NCBI GenBank assembly: GCA_964016885.1
Contig: OZ024744.1
Location: 35,278,001 to 35,342,000 of the forward strand
Direction of reading: 5' to 3'
Length of the DNA: 64,000 nt
From: Eledone cirrhosa
Lineage: Eukaryota
Of this stretch, positions 12,268 to 23,999 are shown piece by piece (the first letter of the stretch is position 1; the number at the start of each line of letters is the position of its first letter). Position numbers and translations under genes: made by a program. Below the pieces are notes generated by a model, which saw only the letters and a list, made by a program, of their open reading frames with translations, had not been told where the DNA came from and made no database searches.

Positions 12268-12975
12268 TAGTGGGAATACGAAGAAAGCAAGAGGGGGGGG
12301 GGTCCTCATAAGTTGACTACTGGGGGTCTCGGATATTTCTAAGCTTTAAAGACAATATATCTTGCCCCAGGGCGTCAATAACCGGATAAGTTATTGGGAA
12401 AACGGAGGAAGGAGGGAAGGAAAGCAAAGAGGAAGAAAAGAGAAAACAGTAACAAAACAGCAAAAAACAACAACAAACCGAGCAATGTCGAGCAGCTATA
12501 GGTAGGAGATCCAAGACCTCTCGATAAGAGAACCTAAGTTCGAGACTGGGTGGTCGAGAGGAACAAGACACGTCTGATGGCCGCAGTTGTAAGTGAGAGG
12601 GGTACTGCTAAACGGTCAGGCGAGGGGGTGAAAGTGAGAGGGAGAAAGGGAGAGGAAGAAAGTGGGGTAAGAGTAGATAGGGAGAAGGGGAGAGGAAGAA
12701 AGCGGGGGTGAGAGTAGAAAGTAGCGAAATAGGTAGGTAGAAGGGGGGAGAGAACAATGGTCACAGCGAAAACATGATGAAATATATGGAGACTTCCCTT
12801 TTGCTTTCCTTCCCTCCCTCCCTTCTCCGTTTTCCCAATAACCTATCCAGTTATTGATGACCTGGGACGAGATATATTGTCTTTAAAGTATAGAAATATC
12901 TGAGACCCTCAGTAGACAACTGATGAGGAACCCCCCCCCCCCCCCCGTTCTTGCTTTCTTCGTATTCCCACTGCA
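12268..12975. mobile_element. Inverted-repeat element at a TA tract (pLTR-like)
   Basis: 12268-12430 is the reverse complement of ~12798-12973; only a partial CTGATGA-GGAAC..GTTC core at 12920. Confidence 0.6.
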
Positions 12976-13059
12976 TTTTAAGTTACGTTAAATAGCAACT
13001 ACACAGCCATTTCTATTCTCCATATATTTCATCATTACGATCTGAGTTCAAATGGTTGA

Positions 13060-13293
13060 ACATCTGAAAGTATATACTTTCCTTATGCATATTAACGGCT
13101 GAGCAGCCTAATTTGCATATCGAGTGAGTTCAGTCGGCCGGGCGCACCGAAAACGATAAATGGAATAGAATGAAACGAAATTTCATTTCTCATTCTTAGT
13201 ACGGCACTTACTTAAATGTAAGTATGTATGTATGTATGTATACGTACATACATATATGTATACAGACGTACAGTAGTATGTATATATATATAC

Positions 13294-13300
<7 letters not shown>
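13060..13300 (+). mobile_element. Fragment of the Helitron-associated ~423-bp unit
   Basis: Matches 24715-24930. Confidence 0.75.
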
Positions 13301-13384
<84 letters not shown>

Positions 13385-13687
13385 CATACATATCTTCAGA
13401 GTTAAGAATAATGTAAATAAATTACAGAGGTTATTGAAATCAACAAAATTAAATAAATACAAGCACGCATCTATATATGTCCATACACATGCATACGCGG
13501 AAACACCCGCCATGGGTATGCAAATATAAGCACGTACACAAAAACACGCGCGCACATACAGAACCCACACAACCGTGCATTATAATAGATGTTCGGTAAA
13601 CCGATACGTGCATGTATGTATATATATACATACTACTGTACGTCTGTATACATATATGTATGTACGTATACATACATACATACATAT

Positions 13688-13724
<37 letters not shown>

Positions 13725-13958
13725 GTTATACTTTGGGAGGGTCATGTTGCCAATAAGAAACACACGCACCAGTTGCTATAACTTCAATTTATTATAATAA
13801 ATTTATAAATTTATAAATTTATAAATTTCTGGTTGGTTGGTTGGTTCCACAACCAGATAGTTGTTTATATATTGTCATAGAACAAACATAGAACAAATAA
13901 CCAACCAGTAACATGTAAATAAACAAATAAATAAATGAACATAAACACACACAGACAC

Positions 13959-14016
13959 CCGGATGTTGCGCATGCGCAGACTGAGCACACAACACACACA
14001 CAGAAACAAAATGGCG
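13959..14016 (+). promoter_or_regulatory. ETS / NRF1 / YY1-like motif cluster upstream of hammerhead
   Basis: CCGGATGT, TGCGCATGCGCA and CAAAATGGCG within 60 bp; the sister copy near 21815 reads AAGATGGCG on the minus strand. Confidence 0.5.
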
Positions 14017-14063
14017 TAGGACAGAACAAAGGAGAGGCACAAAACCAAAGAAAAGAATCCCCA

Positions 14064-14106
14064 GTCACTGAAGAGGTCACAGAGTGTGTGACGAAAGAAC
14101 TATGAC
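14064..14106 (+). ncRNA. Minimal type I hammerhead ribozyme motif
   Basis: GTCA CTGAAGA g GTCACA-gagtg-TGTGAC GAAAG aa CTA TGAC; minus-strand copies at 21728-21770 and 58576-58618. Confidence 0.85.
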
Positions 14107-14289
14107 AATATATAAACAACTATCTGGTTGTGGAACCAACCAACCAACCAGAAATTTATTATAATAAATTGAAGTGAAAGCACTGGTGCGTGTGTTTCTT
14201 ATTGGCAACATGACCCTCCCAAAGTATAACAATATCGGTTTCAACACACGATTTCAGATAAAGAATCATGCTAAACAAATTCAGAAACG

Positions 14290-14330
<41 letters not shown>

Positions 14331-14597
14331 TATCATCATATATATATAAAACAAACAGTTTCATGTCATAAAACCAGGGTAATTTTTAGGCCGTTTGGTA
14401 TTGAAAGGGTGAAAGTGTTAGGTCGTAAAATAAGGTTAAAAGTGTAAGATTAAGATCATAAATTATTCTCAAAATCTAAATGTCACGCATTGAGATTGAA
14501 ATGTATGGTTATAAATTTAGAATTAAAATTTCAGAATTGTATTTTTATCGCAACTTGATCTGGGATCATGAATGGACATATTTAAGAACACATAAAT

Positions 14598-14786
14598 AAT
14601 TGTTTCTACTTTTGGCACAAGGCCAGCAATTACCCAGTACATTACTGGTACTTTATTTTATCGACCCTGTAAGGATGAAAGGCAAAGTTAACCTCGGCGG
14701 GATTTGAACTCAGACCGTAAAGGGACGTAACTATGCTGGAAAGCATGGCGTCCGACTCTCTACTGATACTGCCAATCCACCGCCCT
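14598..14786 (-). mobile_element. tRNA-derived SINE, family 2
   Basis: A-box tggcagtatc, B-box gagttcaaatcc, conserved core, AT-rich tail. Confidence 0.85.
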
Positions 14787-14953
14787 AAATAATACTTATT
14801 AATGATATTTTTATTTTTCATTGAGACTTGTTTTGAATGATTGGAGACATTATGTACACACTTTGTATGTATCAGTTGTCTTAAAATATGTTGGAAATAT
14901 TTGCTAATAGAACAAGTCCAACAGAATTAAATTCTCACTTTGCTGATATATAT

Positions 14954-15559
14954 AGGGATCAGATGTTGTTTACAAGGGATCAGATGCTGTTTAGTCGAGA
15001 GAAGACTACGTTGGTATGCTCACGTGATGTGCATGAAAGACGACAGCTGTATGAAAAAGTGCAGGGCGATCAAAATATATGGTAGCCACGGAGTAGGCAG
15101 ACCCAGAAAAACCTGGGACAACTTGATAAAATCCGACCTCACACACTTACACCTCTCCAAGACAATGTCACTGGACCGAGATCCTTGGCGCCACGCAGTA
15201 ATACAGAAGACCCGCCTTGCCTAAGTACAAAGCAAAACCTATAGTCAGTAGGCACCTCTTAACCAAAATACATCCCCGTCCCACTACCCCTACCCCCATG
15301 TTGGTACCACAACATCCAGTCCTAAATAAATGAGGTCGTGTAGGTGTCACGACAAAAAAACACACAGTCTACGGTGTAATGTGGCTGTGTAGGTAACACG
15401 GTAAAAACCTCCCAGTCCACACTGTAAATGTGGTTGGTGTTAGGAAGGGCATACAGCTGTAGAAAAGCCGCCTGAGGATGACAACCAATCTTGCCTCAAG
15501 TGGGACAACTCCCGTCCAGACCCATGCTAGCGTGGAAGATGGACGTTAAACGATGATGA

Positions 15560-15563
<4 letters not shown>
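14954..15563 (+). mobile_element. RTE subfamily A 3' fragment
   Basis: RRLRWYAHV..GRPRKTW..KTRLA*, UTR and (GAT)n tail. Confidence 0.9.
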
Positions 15564-15594
<31 letters not shown>

Positions 15595-15759
15595 AGAAAG
15601 TATGACCCCGATGGCAGAGCTCAAGCTGTTTCGACGGCTATTTCATAGCCGTCGGAACGGCTTGAGGGGTCATACTTTCTCCTATTACCCACTCTACTAC
15701 TCTAAGTATTGAGTACTCTGGTGCGTTATGGTCCATCTGGTTCCTTACCACAACTACTT

Positions 15760-17361
15760 CATCTCCGCCTTTCTTGACTCCATCCTTGCCCCCCTTGTCA
15801 CCACCCTCCCCTCCCACATCTCCGACACCAACCACGCCCTGCGCCTTTTCGACTCCTTCACCTACCCACCCAGCCCACAGCCCTTCCTCTTCACCCTAGA
15901 TATCAAGTCCCCCTATACCATCATCCCCCACGCCAACGGCCTACGTGCCCTCAAGCACTACCTCGACCTTCACCCCTCCTCCATCCCCTCCACCCCACCC
16001 TCCTTCGCCTCGCCGAGCTGGTCCTCACCCTCAACTGTTTTTCCTTCTCGGGTGAGTTTTACCAACAGGTCACGGGGGTAGCCATGGGTACATGAATGGG
16101 CCCAAACTATGCCAACCTTTTTGTTGGCCATGTTGAGGCCCAAATCTTTGCCCAGTACACCGGCCCCACGCCCGAACTGTACGGTCGTTACATCGATGAC
16201 TGTATCGGAGCCACGACCCTCACCCGAGAACAGCTCGACTCCTTTCTCTCCTTCTTCTGCTCCTTCCACCCCTCCCTCCACTTCACCACCTCTATCTCCA
16301 CCACCCACGTCCACTTCTTAGACATCTCCGTCGCCTTCAACCCCTCCACCTCCCACATCTTCCCAGCCCCACCACTCCCCTCCTTCAAACGCGCACGCAA
16401 TCTCCGCACCCTCCTCTTCCACAGTTCCCTACCCCCAACCCACGCTCTCTTCCCCCCGGTTCCCTTCCCTGTTCCAGGCCCCGCTGCAACACCTGGTCCA
16501 CATCACCAACACCACCACCTTCCAGGGTCCCAATGGCCACTCTCTCTCTGTCCGGCATGCCTTCCGCTGCACCTCCTCCAACCTAGTCTATGGACTTCGC
16601 TGCACGGAGTGCAGCGCAACCTAAGTCGGACAGACTGGACGTCGCCTGGCGGACCGGTTTACTGAACACCTCCGAGATATTCGTCTCGGTGGTAGTTCCC
16701 CCATCGCCCGCCACTTTGGTGCCCCTGGACATTCCGCACACCACCTCACAGTCTGTGGCCTACTCCAATGCCACGGAATACCCGCCACTCTCCTCAGGGT
16801 CGAACAACGAACCATCTTCACCCTACATACCCACACTCCCCCCGGCCTGAACTCCCCACCCTTATTCCTTTAGCCTTCGACCGCCCCCCTACCCCACACA
16901 TATCCCCCACTAACACCACTAACACCCCCTCCTTTTCACCGCCCACCCCACAACTAACAATACTAACACCTCCACCCACACCCGACCACCCTTCCCCAAC
17001 TAACATACTAACATCCCTCCCTTCTTCTCACTCCCTCTCCTTATCACACGCGCACACCCACCGGTACATATATACACGCGGTCACACTAAACACACACCC
17101 TGTTTTACTTCATGTTTATTTTTATTTTTATTATGCTTTTATATTTAATTTCATTTGCACCGTTTCCTCTCACCCCCTTTTTTCTATATGTCTCTCCACC
17201 ACTCCCCTACACACCCTTGGAACTCTCTTCCAACACACTTTTCACCTGAAGAAGGGCTTATGCCCGAAACGTCGTTCCCCACCACCACCCCACTCTCAAG
17301 AGCGTGAAACTAATAAACCTTTGTTCGTACTGACTCTCTGTTTTGTTCCCGTTCAAATTTT

Positions 17362-17365
<4 letters not shown>
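15760..17365 (+). mobile_element. Penelope-like element (Neptune-like), 5'-truncated, RT + GIY-YIG
   Basis: LDIKSPYT, GVAMGT, RYIDD, FLDISV; Cys linker; NLVY..CTEC..VGQTGRRLADRFTEH..PGLN; frameshifts and an internal deletion; ends in a TA tract. Confidence 0.9.
17243..17276 (+). ncRNA. PLE-type minimal hammerhead ribozyme
   Basis: CTGAAGA a GGGC-ttat-GCCC GAAAC GTC; loopless palindromic stem III (ACGT); weak stem I. Confidence 0.85.
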
Positions 17366-17419
<54 letters not shown>

Positions 17420-17449
17420 TGAAACAAAATGAAAACGATGCATACTTAC

Positions 17450-17482
<33 letters not shown>

Positions 17483-17502
17483 CACACACACACACACACA
17501 TA

Positions 17503-18545
17503 AATATCAATGGAATGACGGACAATCCCATCTCTTCAGTTATCCTCTGGAAATCACTAGAGTTTCAGCACATTAAGGTCGAAACCCTTAATTCCAGTGC
17601 ACATTGGAATGTAATAAAACAGGTAGAGACAAATTATGCCCTTAGGCAAATTACACAAATATAGAGTGTAAGGACTTAGCCAAAGGAGAAAAAATATAGA
17701 AAGGAGAGAAATAGTAAAACAGAAGAGAATAATAAGGACTGTAGTCCAACATACAGACAAAGAAGATGGTATTGAAAAGGTAAGAAGGGGTAACGCTTCA
17801 GTGTCCTTCTTTGTCAGCACATTGGACTGCAGTTCTTATTATTCTCTTCTATTTTAATCTTTTTCTCCTGTTTATTTTTTCTCCTTTAGCTAAGCCCTTC
17901 CACATTCTATCATCATCATCATCATCACCGTTTGATGTCCGTTCTTCCACGCTAGCATGGGTTAGATGGGTTATCCTGTTGTAGGCAGTGTCCAGTTGGC
18001 TGACCTTGTCTTGCTCATACGGGAACTGATTCTGGCTTGATTTCTACAGCTGGATGCCCTTCCCAACACCAACCTCATTTACAGTGAGTGCTGGGTGCTT
18101 TATTTTCTGTGGCGCCTACACGTCCATTTTACAGTGTGGGCTGGGTGCTTTTTTGCCGTGGCACCTCCACGACCACTTTGCAGTGGAATGATAGGGGCTC
18201 CAGTCCTATCATCTCATTTCTACAGCTGAGTAAACTGGAGCAATGTGAAATAAAGTGTCTTGCTCAAGGAAACAACACATCACCCGGTCCGGTCGGAGTA
18301 TTGAACTCACAACCTTTCAATTGCAAGCCCAATGCTATAACCACTAAGCCATGCGTCTTCACTCTATATTTGTATAATTCGCCTAAAGGCATAACTTGAC
18401 TCTACCTGTTTTGTTATGTCCCAATGTGCACTGGAATGAATGGTATTGACCTTAATTTACAGAAACTGTAGTAATTTCCAGAGGTTGAGTGAGGAGATGG
18501 GACTGTTTATCTTTCTGTTGTTTTTTTCCATTGTCTTTGTCCTTT
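17503..18545. mobile_element. Old inverted-repeat element interrupted by a SINE
   Basis: ~17510-17765 is the reverse complement of 17805-17910 plus 18360-18520. Confidence 0.7.
17911..18360 (-). mobile_element. tRNA-derived SINE, family 1, with subfamily-B-type RTE tail
   Basis: tggcttagtggt head, ccttgagcaagacact core, (GAT)n tail; approximate cac(at)tctat target duplication. Confidence 0.88.
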
Positions 18546-18669
18546 AAATATATATCATCATCATTGTTTAGCATCGACCTTCCACGCTAGCATGGGCATA
18601 TATATAAATAAATAAGTTTATCCCGGATTCAATTGGGGGTAATCACAGTAAGTAAGGTACTCAATACAG

Positions 18670-18719
18670 GGCTTCCTGATGATTTCTCCCGAATAAACTG
18701 TTCTAGTCATGTAGAAGCC
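18670..18719 (+). ncRNA. Degenerate hammerhead motif (sister copy ~44877-44930, minus strand)
   Basis: ggcttc CTGATGA tTTC-tccc-GAAt (G)AAAC..GTC atgta gaagcc; the sister copy has GAAAC and CCGATGA. Confidence 0.6.
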
Positions 18720-18746
18720 ATTTCTATATTAAATATATATATATAT

Positions 18747-19470
18747 AAAAGAAATAGGATTTCGCTTCAAGCATAGCTTAATACAATATGTATAAATATT
18801 TCGTATCTCCAAAGAAATACGGTTTTAGGAAGCCGTAGCTATGCAAACACCCGGGGGGGGGGGGCTAACGCCCTCTGGTGATGTCCAGCAGAAACAAGGA
18901 GGACAACTGTCTATGCATTTCAGGCTTAACTGGCCATCGTCAGGACAGTCCCTCCCACCGCTTGCGACTACTGGACTAGAAAACAGGCGAGAATATATAC
19001 TTTTCTCGTCTGATTAATCTCATTTGCATAATAAGTTGGCTCAACTTATAATAAAAAAGAAATAGGATTTCGCTTCAAGCATAGCTTTATACAATTTGTA
19101 TAAAGCTATGATACGAAATATTTATACAAATTGTATAAATTATGCAATCATTTCTATTTTAAAATATGCTTGAAGCGAAATGCTATTTCTTTTTTATTAT
19201 AAGTTGAGCTAACTTATGCAGCTTCATATGCAAATGAGATTAATCACCTCATTTACACAGACGAGAAAAGTATATATTCTCGCCTGTCTTCTAGTCCAGC
19301 AGTCGCAAGCGGTGGGAGGGACCGGCCTGCCGATGGCCAGTTAAGCCTTAAATGCATAGACAGTTGTCCTCCTTGCTTCTGCTGGACATCACCAGAGGGC
19401 GTTAGCCCCCCCCCCCGGTGTTTTCATAGCTACGGCTTCCTAAAAGCGTATTTCTTTGGAGATACGAAAT
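18747..19470. mobile_element. Palindromic + partial tandem (~308-bp period) hammerhead element
   Basis: ~18797-19082 inverted to ~19165-19470; gaaataggatttcgcttc repeated at 18751 and 19059; TA flanks. Confidence 0.85.
18907..18948 (-). ncRNA. Type I hammerhead ribozyme motif (AUA site)
   Basis: Reverse complement: CTGTC CTGACGA tGGC-cagttaa-GCCt GAAAT gc ATA GACAG; mutated plus-strand twin at 19322-19363. Confidence 0.85.
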
Positions 19471-19488
19471 ATATATATATATATATAT

Positions 19489-19720
19489 AAATGTAAGCTA
19501 TCGCCGTATTTAGTGGGGTTAAGAACCCTCGGAGAAATGGAAAAATATGAGTATTGACGTACATGTACGTCAATACTCATCTTTTTCCATTTCTCCGAGG
19601 GTTCTTAACCCCACTATCAGGCTAAATAATTTCTTTAATTTCTTTAGTCAAAATACGGCGATAGCTTACATTTATAATAATTTCAAACCCGCTCGCTGTT
19701 TCGAAAATATTCTTACTTGA
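19489..19720. repeat. Spacerless palindromic element centred on gtacatgtac (~19564)
   Basis: ~52-bp near-perfect arms plus outer arms; related sequence at 26695-26757. Confidence 0.8.
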
Positions 19721-19735
19721 TATATATATATATAT

Positions 19736-21626
19736 GGCATACGTTAAGACGGGCGTTCCGGAAAGTGAAAGTAATATTTGACAAGTGAATTTTTTTTTTT
19801 TTTTTTTTTTTACAATGAAAGTTACGATACACACGCAATTGTATGGATTTCTTAATATATATATATGTGTGGGTGTGTATATGTGTGTATATATATGTGT
19901 GTCTGTATGTATATATATATGTGTGTTTGTATATATATATGTGTTTGTGTCATCATCATCGTTTAACGTCTATCTTCCACGCAAGCATTGGTTTAGATGT
20001 GTATATATGTTTGTGTGTATATATGTTTTTGTAATATCTCGCCAAAGTTGTTGGCACCAACTCTTTGTCCCCAAAGAAATTAAGGTCGGGTCATAAGAAG
20101 GACAGAGAATGATAAGGGATTTGGGTCAGAGGGGCAGCTTGGGGTCAGAAAGGCAGATTGGCGTCAGAAGGGCTGGGAAAATTTTTTTTTTTTTAAACGA
20201 AGCACCGAAGGGCTGGATTCTAATACAGTGTCACATCAAATATGGCTGCATGAGGGTTTGGTCGCGTTAAGTTAGTTGAAGATATTTTGGATACTAATGC
20301 TATTGTTAATCGCTTTGAAACAATGTATACGCTGTGTCCGGCGATACACGGTGACACGTTGTGTATGTTACAGTGGTTGGCGAGTCGGCGTCTGTTGGCG
20401 AACAGTGTGATTTGTCCTGTCTGCAATGAGGCGTGCACATTGACAAGATATTCTGAGGGGATTGATAAATGGAGATGGCGATGCTGCCGCGACAAATATA
20501 GTCAATCGGTGCGACGGAATTCTATATTTTATCGAAGCCGTGTTCGACTCGAACAACTTATTGGCATTATCTATATGTGGTGCTACGATCATGCCCAAAC
20601 TGAGATGATGAGAGAAACAGGACTTAGCAAGCCGACAATTATAGACTGGTGCAATTTCCTTAGAGAAATCTGTGAGCAGTATTTGGAGGCGAATCCTCAG
20701 CAGCTTGGAGGATTCGATGAGAATGGTTCGTCGATCATTGTAGAGATCGACGAATCAAAATACTTTCATAGAAAGTATCATCGTGGCCAGTGGAGACAGG
20801 GTCACTGGGTGTTCGGCGCTGTAGAACGCCATTCTGGACGCTGCTGCCTCATCGAAGTCCCAGATCGAAGCCGTGAGACTCTTGTCCCCATCATACAGCA
20901 ATGGATTTTGCCAGGAAGCCACATCATGTCCGATGGTTGGGCTTCCTATTCGGATATTGAAGAAATTCAAGGTGGCATTTACCTCCATGATGTTGTTGTG
21001 CACCAACGGAACTTTGTAGATCCTGAAGACCCTAATGTGCACACACAACTCATAGAGAACACTTGGAGCCGTGCAAAGAAAAAGCTTCGTCGACAACATG
21101 GGACAAGCGATTCTTTATTCCCCTCATATTTAGCTGGATTTCTTTGGCGGCAGAGAGTTGGTGCCAACAAGTTTGGCGAGATGATCAACTGTATTATTAT
21201 ACGGTGTAATAATGATGTTCATAAGGTACATCAATTTATATGTTATATGCAACAAACGTCTAACTATGTAGTTATTTAAAAAAAATGTATTTCTTTCAAC
21301 ACACAATGTCATTATTTAAAAACACACAATGTCATTATTTAAAAAAAATTTTCCGTAAACACAATACACAAAAAAATGAAAAAGAAAATATAATCACATA
21401 CGCAATACTAATTAACACCATATCACTATAGAGACCTGTTGTAAATAAACAAACAAATTCACAGTGTACACACATATATACACACATATATATATATTAA
21501 GAAATCCATACAATTGCGTGTGTATCGTAACTTTCACTATTGAGACCTGTTGTAAAAAAAAAAAAAAAAAAATTCACTTGTCAAAAATTACTTTCACTTT
21601 CCGGAACGCCCGTCTTAACGTATGCC
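19736..21626 (+). mobile_element. Merlin (IS1595/ISXO2-like) DNA transposon with long TIRs
   Basis: GGCATACGTTAAGACGGGCGTTCCGGAAAGTGAAAGTAA.. at 19736 and its reverse complement ending at 21626; inverted similarity extends ~130 bp. Confidence 0.92.
20287..21279 (+). CDS. ISXO2-like/Merlin DDE transposase
   Basis: CPVC..WRC zinc ribbon, VEIDES..RKYHRG, WVFG, IMSDGWASY, VHTQLIENTW; first in-frame ATG within the ORF is at 20323. Confidence 0.88.
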   Translation: MDTNAIVNRFETMYTLCPAIHGDTLCMLQWLASRRLLANSVICPVCNEACTLTRYSEGIDKWRWRCCRDKYSQSVRRNSIFYRSRVRLEQLIGIIYMWCYDHAQTEMMRETGLSKPTIIDWCNFLREICEQYLEANPQQLGGFDENGSSIIVEIDESKYFHRKYHRGQWRQGHWVFGAVERHSGRCCLIEVPDRSRETLVPIIQQWILPGSHIMSDGWASYSDIEEIQGGIYLHDVVVHQRNFVDPEDPNVHTQLIENTWSRAKKKLRRQHGTSDSLFPSYLAGFLWRQRVGANKFGEMINCIIIRCNNDVHKVHQFICYMQQTSNYVVI

Positions 21627-21827
21627 GAAACACACGCACCAGTTACTTTCACTTCAATTTATTATAATAAATTTATAAATTTCCGGTTGGTTGGTTGGTT
21701 CCACAACCAGATGATTGTTCATATATTGTCAAAGTTCTTTCGTCACACATTCTGTGACCTCTTCAGTGACTGGGGATTCTTTTCTTTGTTTTTGTGCCTC
21801 TCCTTTGTTCTGTCCTACGCCATCTTG

Positions 21828-21898
<71 letters not shown>

Positions 21899-22342
21899 AC
21901 TAGTGCTTATTCAATTTAACTAGATGAAGAGACAGACAGATAAAATACACACACACAGAAATAGAACAATACTGTTGAGCACTCAATTGTCCCTTTTTCT
22001 GTTTTAATTAGTTTTTGTTTTGTTTTTAGCTACACATACTCCAATAGAGTAGTTGTGGTGACAGGTGTGGTCTGTTCTTTGTTATCTTACTGTCATGTCA
22101 AATATGATAGGTCACTGTCATACCAAAGAGTGTACTTGATACACTTATAACTACTGATTATGATGTCACATTTGTTAAGTCTTCTGCAAAGGTAAACCAT
22201 AAAGAGCTGAGGTAGAGGAGGGAGGGGTGTGCTTAAAGAAGTATATTCTGGTGTATCCTGTGTGGTTCGGGATGATGTACTGATGAGGATAAACATGATA
22301 GCGGTGGTCGTGTGTGTGTTGGGTATGATGGTAATGATTCTG

Positions 22343-22511
<169 letters not shown>

Positions 22512-22559
22512 TTTCTACCTTACCCTTCACATACCCACCTTTTTTATTTTTAGATATTT

Positions 22560-22579
22560 CTGTGTGTGTGTGTGTTGCG

Positions 22580-22672
<93 letters not shown>

Positions 22673-22763
22673 ATGTATGTGTGTATGTATGTTTATATAT
22701 ATCTGTATATATATGTATGTGTGTATATACTTGTATTTTATATGCTTCTGTTGTATTTGTGTG

Positions 22764-22805
<42 letters not shown>

Positions 22806-22999
22806 GTTATGTAATAAACAACATAAGGCAATTATTTCATTTACCAGTGGTTTCTTAAAAGCAAACAAATGTTGTTTTCAATCATCAGAATGAAAAAATC
22901 CTGGTGTATTTATTGGCGTTGGATTTTAAAAAACAAAAATATAATCTATATGAAAGTGAGGCTGGAAAAGGAAGAAGGAAAGGAAAAATAAACACATAT

Positions 23000-23032
<33 letters not shown>

Positions 23033-23216
23033 TACATACACACACATATATACATACACATATATATACACATATATATATACACATACATTCACACATA
23101 TATATGTATATATATATATATACATACACATACATATGCACATACATACATACACACATATATATCAACATATCCATACATACACATACACACAAATACA
23201 CAAACACGCACACACA

Positions 23217-23282
<66 letters not shown>

Positions 23283-23619
23283 TACATATATATATATATA
23301 TACACACAATCATACATATATACACACGTACATACACACACATACATACACACATATATACACGCATACATTCGCATGCACAAATATAGATATATGTACA
23401 CACATATATATATATAATGTGTGTGTGTGTGTGTGTGTGCGTGTGTATATTTGTGTGTGTGTATTTTTATATAATTGTTTATGTGTGTATATATATAATA
23501 GCCTCAGAAACGGCTTGAGCTCTGCCGTGGGGTCATACTTTTTCCTATATGTGTATATATATACGTATATGTATGTATATGTATGTATATGTATGTATAT
23601 ATGTGTGTATTTGTATTGT

Positions 23620-23690
<71 letters not shown>

Positions 23691-23887
23691 GTATGTGTGT
23701 ATGTATATGCATAATTACATACAGTGATTTAATGCTTATTTTCATTGATCATTGGCTCCAGGAATTTGTTGAGTGCTCTAAATCAGCTATAAACATTTAT
23801 ACCCTTTTCTAATTATTTATTTATTTATTATTTGTCGTATTCCCAACTTTTATTTTTTTATATATATATAATATTTATGTATTTTCT

Positions 23888-23918
<31 letters not shown>

Positions 23919-23990
23919 ATGTATATGTATGTGTATACATATCTGTGTGTATGTATATATATATTTAAAAGATTAAAATGTATATATATA
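22560..23990. repeat. Long TA/TG/CA microsatellite field with small inserts
   Basis: Direct reading. Confidence 0.9.
22835..22895 (-). ncRNA. Type I hammerhead ribozyme motif (GUA site)
   Basis: Reverse complement: TTTCATT CTGATGA TTGAAA..TTTTAA GAAAC cactg GTA AATGAAA. Confidence 0.8.
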
Positions 23991-23999
23991 TTTAAAAGA

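Larger units (their letters stand above)
13721..14290 (+). mobile_element. Palindromic pLTR-like element with hammerhead (also 21627-21828, 58466-58680)
   Basis: 13721-13884 inverted to ~14096-14234; TA tracts on both sides; hammerhead at 14064. Confidence 0.85.

Noticed and set aside
12915-12960. Hammerhead at CTGATGA-GGAAC..GTTC
   Set aside because: No GAAA or cleavage triplet follows; at most a deleted relic.
20287-21279. Bacterial IS1595 contamination
   Set aside because: It contains animal-type microsatellites and an RTE-tail snippet and abuts host repeats; it fits eukaryotic Merlin.
22091-22184. Minus-strand exon-like segment (ttgcag..gtaaga)
   Set aside because: All three frames hit stops with this donor and there is no homology support; similar weak candidates near 35700 and 57700 were dropped.
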